Of a stretch of 52,824 nucleotides of DNA, positions 49,765-52,824 are shown in pieces. Location of the stretch: positions 1 through 52,824 of the IMG/VR virus record IMGVR_UViG_3300003937_000084. One strand, 5' to 3'. The DNA comes from a virus (Duplodnaviria > Caudoviricetes). The position numbers and the translations under genes are program-made. The notes under the pieces are model-generated. The model made no database searches. It saw only the letters and a list, made by a program, of their open reading frames with translations, and was not told where the DNA came from. The number at the start of each line of letters is the position of its first letter. Position 1 is the first letter of the stretch.

Positions 49765-50166
49765 TTACCTTGTTGGCTGCAAGACGAATTCTAATTGTTG
49801 TGCAGGTACATCTGCACCTATAATATCATATATGATTTGTACATCAAAAGCATTACCTGCAAAATCAGGTGTTGTTTGAACAGACCTTAATCTCACTCTT
49901 GGTTCAAATCTACGAATTGATGATTCAATTTCATCTTTGATATTAGATGCTGTTAAATCATCAAAATTATCAAATAATAACCTTGATATTCTTGAACCAA
50001 AGCTTTCATTAAAAGGTTTCTCTCCGGGAAATGTAAATACAATATTTTTTATTGATCTAGCAATTGCGTTTGCATTTTTAAGACCAATTAAATCGTCATT
50101 CAAGGGATTTTTCTTGAATGACATACTTACATCTTTAAAACCTTGACTTACCCTTTCTAAAGGCAC
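49765..50166 (-). CDS. gp25: Baseplate wedge subunit gp25
   Basis: F.D.S.SF..NP...D, AI..SI.N.V.T.PGE.PF...FGS, I..FEPRV. Confidence 0.94.
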   Translation of the reverse strand: MPLERVSQGFKDVSMSFKKNPLNDDLIGLKNANAIARSIKNIVFTFPGEKPFNESFGSRISRLLFDNFDDLTASNIKDEIESSIRRFEPRVRLRSVQTTPDFAGNAFDVQIIYDIIGADVPAQQLEFVLQPTR

Positions 50167-50187
50167 AATTATATGGCAAATATAAGT

Positions 50188-50195
50188 TATTTATC
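50188..50195 (-). promoter_or_regulatory. T4-type late promoter for the baseplate operon
   Basis: GATAAATA on minus strand about 22 nt before the gp25 GTG. Confidence 0.6.
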
Positions 50196-50225
50196 AACGA
50201 ATTCGTTAATTATATTTTCGTAGTT

Positions 50226-50387
50226 CTATTCATAAAGTGGTGCAGCTGGGATTTCATTTTCAAAAATCTCCGTTTCTTGCTTCTTATCACGTTTTTTTGG
50301 TGTTAAGTCATCATTTGCAATTTCACGAAGCATTTTTTCGTGTTGATCTGCTGCTAGGTTGTCTAAAAAATCGTTACTTGGAGTCAT
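50226..50387 (-). CDS. Hypothetical protein (53 aa)
   Basis: 3' part of track ORF 50226..50531; ATG at 50387 overlaps the end of the upstream gene (MTPSNDFLDNLAADQHEKMLREI...). Confidence 0.6.
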   Translation of the reverse strand: MTPSNDFLDNLAADQHEKMLREIANDDLTPKKRDKKQETEIFENEIPAAPLYE

Positions 50388-51057
50388 TTTCTTCTTCCTC
50401 AGGTAAATTTTCGCGTTCTTGTGCTGTTTTCCAGAAATATTCGTCCTCACGACCCATTCCAAGTCGCTCAAAACCATTTTCAACTTGATAATAACGAGTT
50501 GAAACCTTAAAATCTGGCATCTTAGGTTCAACAGGTGTTAAACTATTGTCAAAAATACGCATTCTATTGTTTGGATAGAGTGCATACTGACCATTTTCTA
50601 ATTCAATCAGGTTATGAGACTTATGTTCAGCAGGATTTTCACTTGTTGCATAGTCAACTACCTCAGGATCTTGATGATAGTTGTCTATTGTGCAAATATA
50701 AGTTCCTTTTTGAATACCATAGTCTCTGGTATACAATTCATAGTCCATTGAACCAATGAATTGCTTTGTAATTGATACTACACCATAATCCATACAGTTC
50801 CAAAACTGTAGATTCGGTAGATTCATATCAGGTGATGGTGTCTCAGGATCGCTTACAAATGCACTGATAGGTAATTTATCGTACATTGCGGCGTATTCTG
50901 GTAAATAGGTCTCAAAATAAAAAGTGCGCCCAGGTATCGATTTGCACGATACCCAAACGCCTTTGACAAATTCACCATGACCACTTTGATGATCAGTTAG
51001 ATACTCTTTACGAACCCATACTTCTACCGAGGGGAGGTTACAAATAAGTGCTGCCAT
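50374..51057 (-). CDS. Conserved hypothetical phage protein (227 aa)
   Basis: Long ORF with globular composition, same strand and tightly packed; no function recognised. Confidence 0.8.
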   Translation of the reverse strand: MAALICNLPSVEVWVRKEYLTDHQSGHGEFVKGVWVSCKSIPGRTFYFETYLPEYAAMYDKLPISAFVSDPETPSPDMNLPNLQFWNCMDYGVVSITKQFIGSMDYELYTRDYGIQKGTYICTIDNYHQDPEVVDYATSENPAEHKSHNLIELENGQYALYPNNRMRIFDNSLTPVEPKMPDFKVSTRYYQVENGFERLGMGREDEYFWKTAQERENLPEEEENDSK

Positions 51058-51079
51058 AATGAATGTTGGTTAACTTATT

Positions 51080-51211
51080 CTATTTACCTTGTCCCCGATA
51101 TCTTTTCTTACGTCCATTGCGAGAAGTCGCGGATAACAATGTATACTGCGAGTTTCCTTGCCGAGTTTTCTTCGGCTTACCCTTGACATAAGTGCCGCCT
51201 TTCATCATCAT
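51080..51211 (-). CDS. Small highly basic peptide (43 aa)
   Basis: Below the ORF-track cutoff; MMMKGGTYVKGKPKKTRQGNSQYTLLSATSRNGRKKRYRGQGK; GAGGT ribosome-binding site upstream; fills the gap between two genes. Confidence 0.75.
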   Translation of the reverse strand: MMMKGGTYVKGKPKKTRQGNSQYTLLSATSRNGRKKRYRGQGK

Positions 51212-51224
51212 AATTCAGTACCTC

Positions 51225-51992
51225 TTAAATAACGCGAGTTTTTTCGTGACCAACTCTGATACGTGGATCGCACCAGATCTCAAATCCTTCTTCCTTTGCA
51301 TCAAGACAGAATGAGACATCCTCACCACACATGTCTTGTACATCACCACTCTCAAAGACTTGCATCTTAGGAGCAAACCATGGATACTCTAATCTCTCAA
51401 AAACACCTTTCTTGATTAATACCCATCCAAAACCTGTATAATCTACGGTGAATGGTTTACGACGCTTACTAATGCCCTCTACATTCTCATGATTCATTAC
51501 TCCGCCATTCTTACGGAAATCATCCTCCTCTAACCAATGTGCGACAGAAGTTGTGTGGCCATCCTCTGTAGCATACCATCCTGCAACAATCTCCTTCTCT
51601 TCTCCCTCTGCAGGAATTGCCATATCACATAGTTGCCAGAACTTCTCTGTATTAAACACAATATCACTATCAATCCATAACTGATAGTCATACTCTAGTT
51701 TACCATCCCACGGTACTTGCTTAGGTCCACGAAGTACATTCGCACCTAGAACCTTACAACGGGCAAAATTAACCATTGATGAATAATCTTGACTGATCTG
51801 AATACTCATTCCACTCTGTACCATATCAAAGCACAGTTGTACAAAGTTCTTTAAAAATGTAAAAGAACACCCACGTCCAGGAAGACAGAATACAATCGTC
51901 TTACCTCTCATACGCTCTTTGATCGCAGGAATATCCCACTCTACTTCTTTCTTCTTAGGCGCGTTGGCCTTTACAGTAAATCCTTTTGCCAT
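51225..51992 (-). CDS. GT-A fold (GT2-like) glycosyltransferase
   Basis: LWIDSDIVF (DxD motif), TGFGWVLIKKGVFE, GEDVSFC, D..I.VGH; likely start MAKGF at 51992, just downstream of a sigma70 promoter. Confidence 0.75.
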   Translation of the reverse strand: MAKGFTVKANAPKKKEVEWDIPAIKERMRGKTIVFCLPGRGCSFTFLKNFVQLCFDMVQSGMSIQISQDYSSMVNFARCKVLGANVLRGPKQVPWDGKLEYDYQLWIDSDIVFNTEKFWQLCDMAIPAEGEEKEIVAGWYATEDGHTTSVAHWLEEDDFRKNGGVMNHENVEGISKRRKPFTVDYTGFGWVLIKKGVFERLEYPWFAPKMQVFESGDVQDMCGEDVSFCLDAKEEGFEIWCDPRIRVGHEKTRVI

Positions 51993-52015
51993 AACGTGTT
52001 GATTACTTCGTTTCA

Positions 52016-52044
52016 ATTATAACAGTTATTATGTAGTAAGTCAA
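52016..52044 (-). promoter_or_regulatory. sigma70-type promoter for the glycosyltransferase operon
   Basis: TTGACT-N17-TATAAT with extended -10 TG. Confidence 0.75.
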
Positions 52045-52058
52045 TAAAAGACTTTGAC

Positions 52059-52256
52059 TTAACAACTGTGCTCTGTGTTTGTTGGAAGACCATAGACTTC
52101 CTCATATGTTAAATCCTCAAGTTGATAATCAGTCTGCATAAGACCAACCATCCCCTTGAGGGTATTCCATGTTTTATTGAATTGTTGTTCTGTTAGATTA
52201 TTATATAAACACTCGTCTTTTGCATAGATGTGATAAACTTTACTTCGACTATCCAT
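52059..52256 (-). CDS. Hypothetical protein (65 aa)
   Basis: Track ORF 52059..52334; better start MDSRSKVYHIYAK at 52256 with GGAGGT RBS. Confidence 0.7.
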   Translation of the reverse strand: MDSRSKVYHIYAKDECLYNNLTEQQFNKTWNTLKGMVGLMQTDYQLEDLTYEEVYGLPTNTEHSC

Positions 52257-52270
52257 TGGTTTTTTACCTC

Positions 52271-52304
52271 CGGGAATTTTTTTTCTGGACGGGAATTTTT
52301 TTTT
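52271..52304. repeat. Tandem direct repeat CGGGAA-T8/T9, 19-bp period
   Basis: cgggaatttttttt at 52271-52284 and again from 52290. Confidence 0.8.
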
Positions 52305-52426
52305 GCTTTTGATATCTATAGGTCGATTTGTCACCTCTGTAGGTTAGGGTAGTTAGACGTTTTTATCACGCCCCCCATAACGCAACAACGCCGCCATCAA
52401 AACACTGCCATTTCACTGATACTCCC

Positions 52427-52455
52427 AGTCTACCATATACGGGGCAGAGTGTCAA
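52427..52455 (-). promoter_or_regulatory. sigma70-type promoter whose -35 lies in an inverted repeat
   Basis: TTGACA-N17-TAGACT with extended TG; GGGGCAG/CTGCCCC inverted repeat at 52441-52465 flanks the -35. Confidence 0.65.
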
Positions 52456-52475
52456 CAACTGCCCCTCACTAAGTA

Positions 52476-52751
52476 TCAGACACCGAAGTAACAATCAGAA
52501 TTGATCTCAACGGTGTTCACTTTAGGGTCTCTGTAGTTAACACCGTCAGGAGTCGATAAGTCATTGAGATCACACCCTTCGAGTGCATCTACAAATTCTT
52601 CGTAGTTACCTGCGGCACCTGCTAGTTCATACAAACCCTCATCATTACCCAACCAAAGTGCAACATTCCAGGTCTCATAATTCGTCCAACCGTTATACGT
52701 GGTATCAGTGAGATTTGTCTGGAAAGTTGTGGTCATAGAGGTTCGAGTCAT
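52476..52751 (-). CDS. Hypothetical early-type protein (YNGWTNYETWNVALW family)
   Basis: 91 aa with TYNGWTNYETWNVALWL.NDE.LY...TPDGV motif; -10-like box just upstream. Confidence 0.8.
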   Translation of the reverse strand: MTRTSMTTTFQTNLTDTTYNGWTNYETWNVALWLGNDEGLYELAGAAGNYEEFVDALEGCDLNDLSTPDGVNYRDPKVNTVEINSDCYFGV

Positions 52752-52824
52752 GCTTACACTATAGGGACACTTTACGCGACCCCCCTTTAGTATACCCAGA
52801 GAGAATGACTGTCAAATAGCACCC

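Noticed and set aside
50388-50531. N-terminal extension of track ORF 50226..50531
   Set aside because: Overlaps the 227-aa gene; the ATG at 50387 is the more plausible start
52257-52334. Basic N-terminal extension (MTNRPIDIKSKKKFPSRKKIPGG) of track ORF 52059..52334
   Set aside because: It is a translation of the A-tract repeats; a strong GGAGGT RBS points to the ATG at 52256
1-52824. tRNA, rRNA, CRISPR arrays, IS elements, diversity-generating retroelement, stop-codon recoding
   Set aside because: Intergenic gaps are too short or lack the signatures; no reverse transcriptase or transposase; core genes are intact in the standard code and TAA, TAG and TGA are all used as stops

Overview
A 52.8-kb segment of a T4-like myovirus genome, almost certainly a marine cyanomyovirus (inferred from gene order, protein sizes, the purM auxiliary gene and small cyanophage-type ORFs). 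Essentially all real genes are on the minus strand. Reading in the direction of transcription (right to left): a few sigma70-promoter-driven small genes and a GT-A glycosyltransferase-like gene, then baseplate gp25-gp6-gp7 (4372 aa)-gp8-a 2525-aa VrlC/DUF4815-type structural protein, neck gp13-gp14, gp15, terminase small subunit gp16, two large inserted genes, terminase large subunit gp17, an insert with purM, tail sheath gp18, tube gp19, portal gp20, prohead protease gp21, scaffold gp22, major capsid gp23 (with a UUCG terminator), gp3, uvsY, uvsW and the start of late sigma factor gp55. T4-type late promoters (NATAAATA) precede most structural genes. No tRNA, rRNA, CRISPR, intron or intein was recognised. 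Most interesting observations: (1) a 561-aa beads-on-a-string protein between gp16 and gp17 whose small basic/Cys-paired modules are each preceded by [ILV]-x-E sites like those cut by the T4 prohead protease, suggesting a gp21-processed polyprotein of capsid-internal effectors; (2) a pervasive G-[IVL]-x-[ST] motif across the virion proteins, near a glycosyltransferase-like gene; (3) an NblA-like small ORF; (4) overlapping back-to-back sigma70 promoters at gp55 that would make an antisense RNA; (5) an origin-like non-coding element near the right end. All product calls come from motif recognition and synteny, not database searches.
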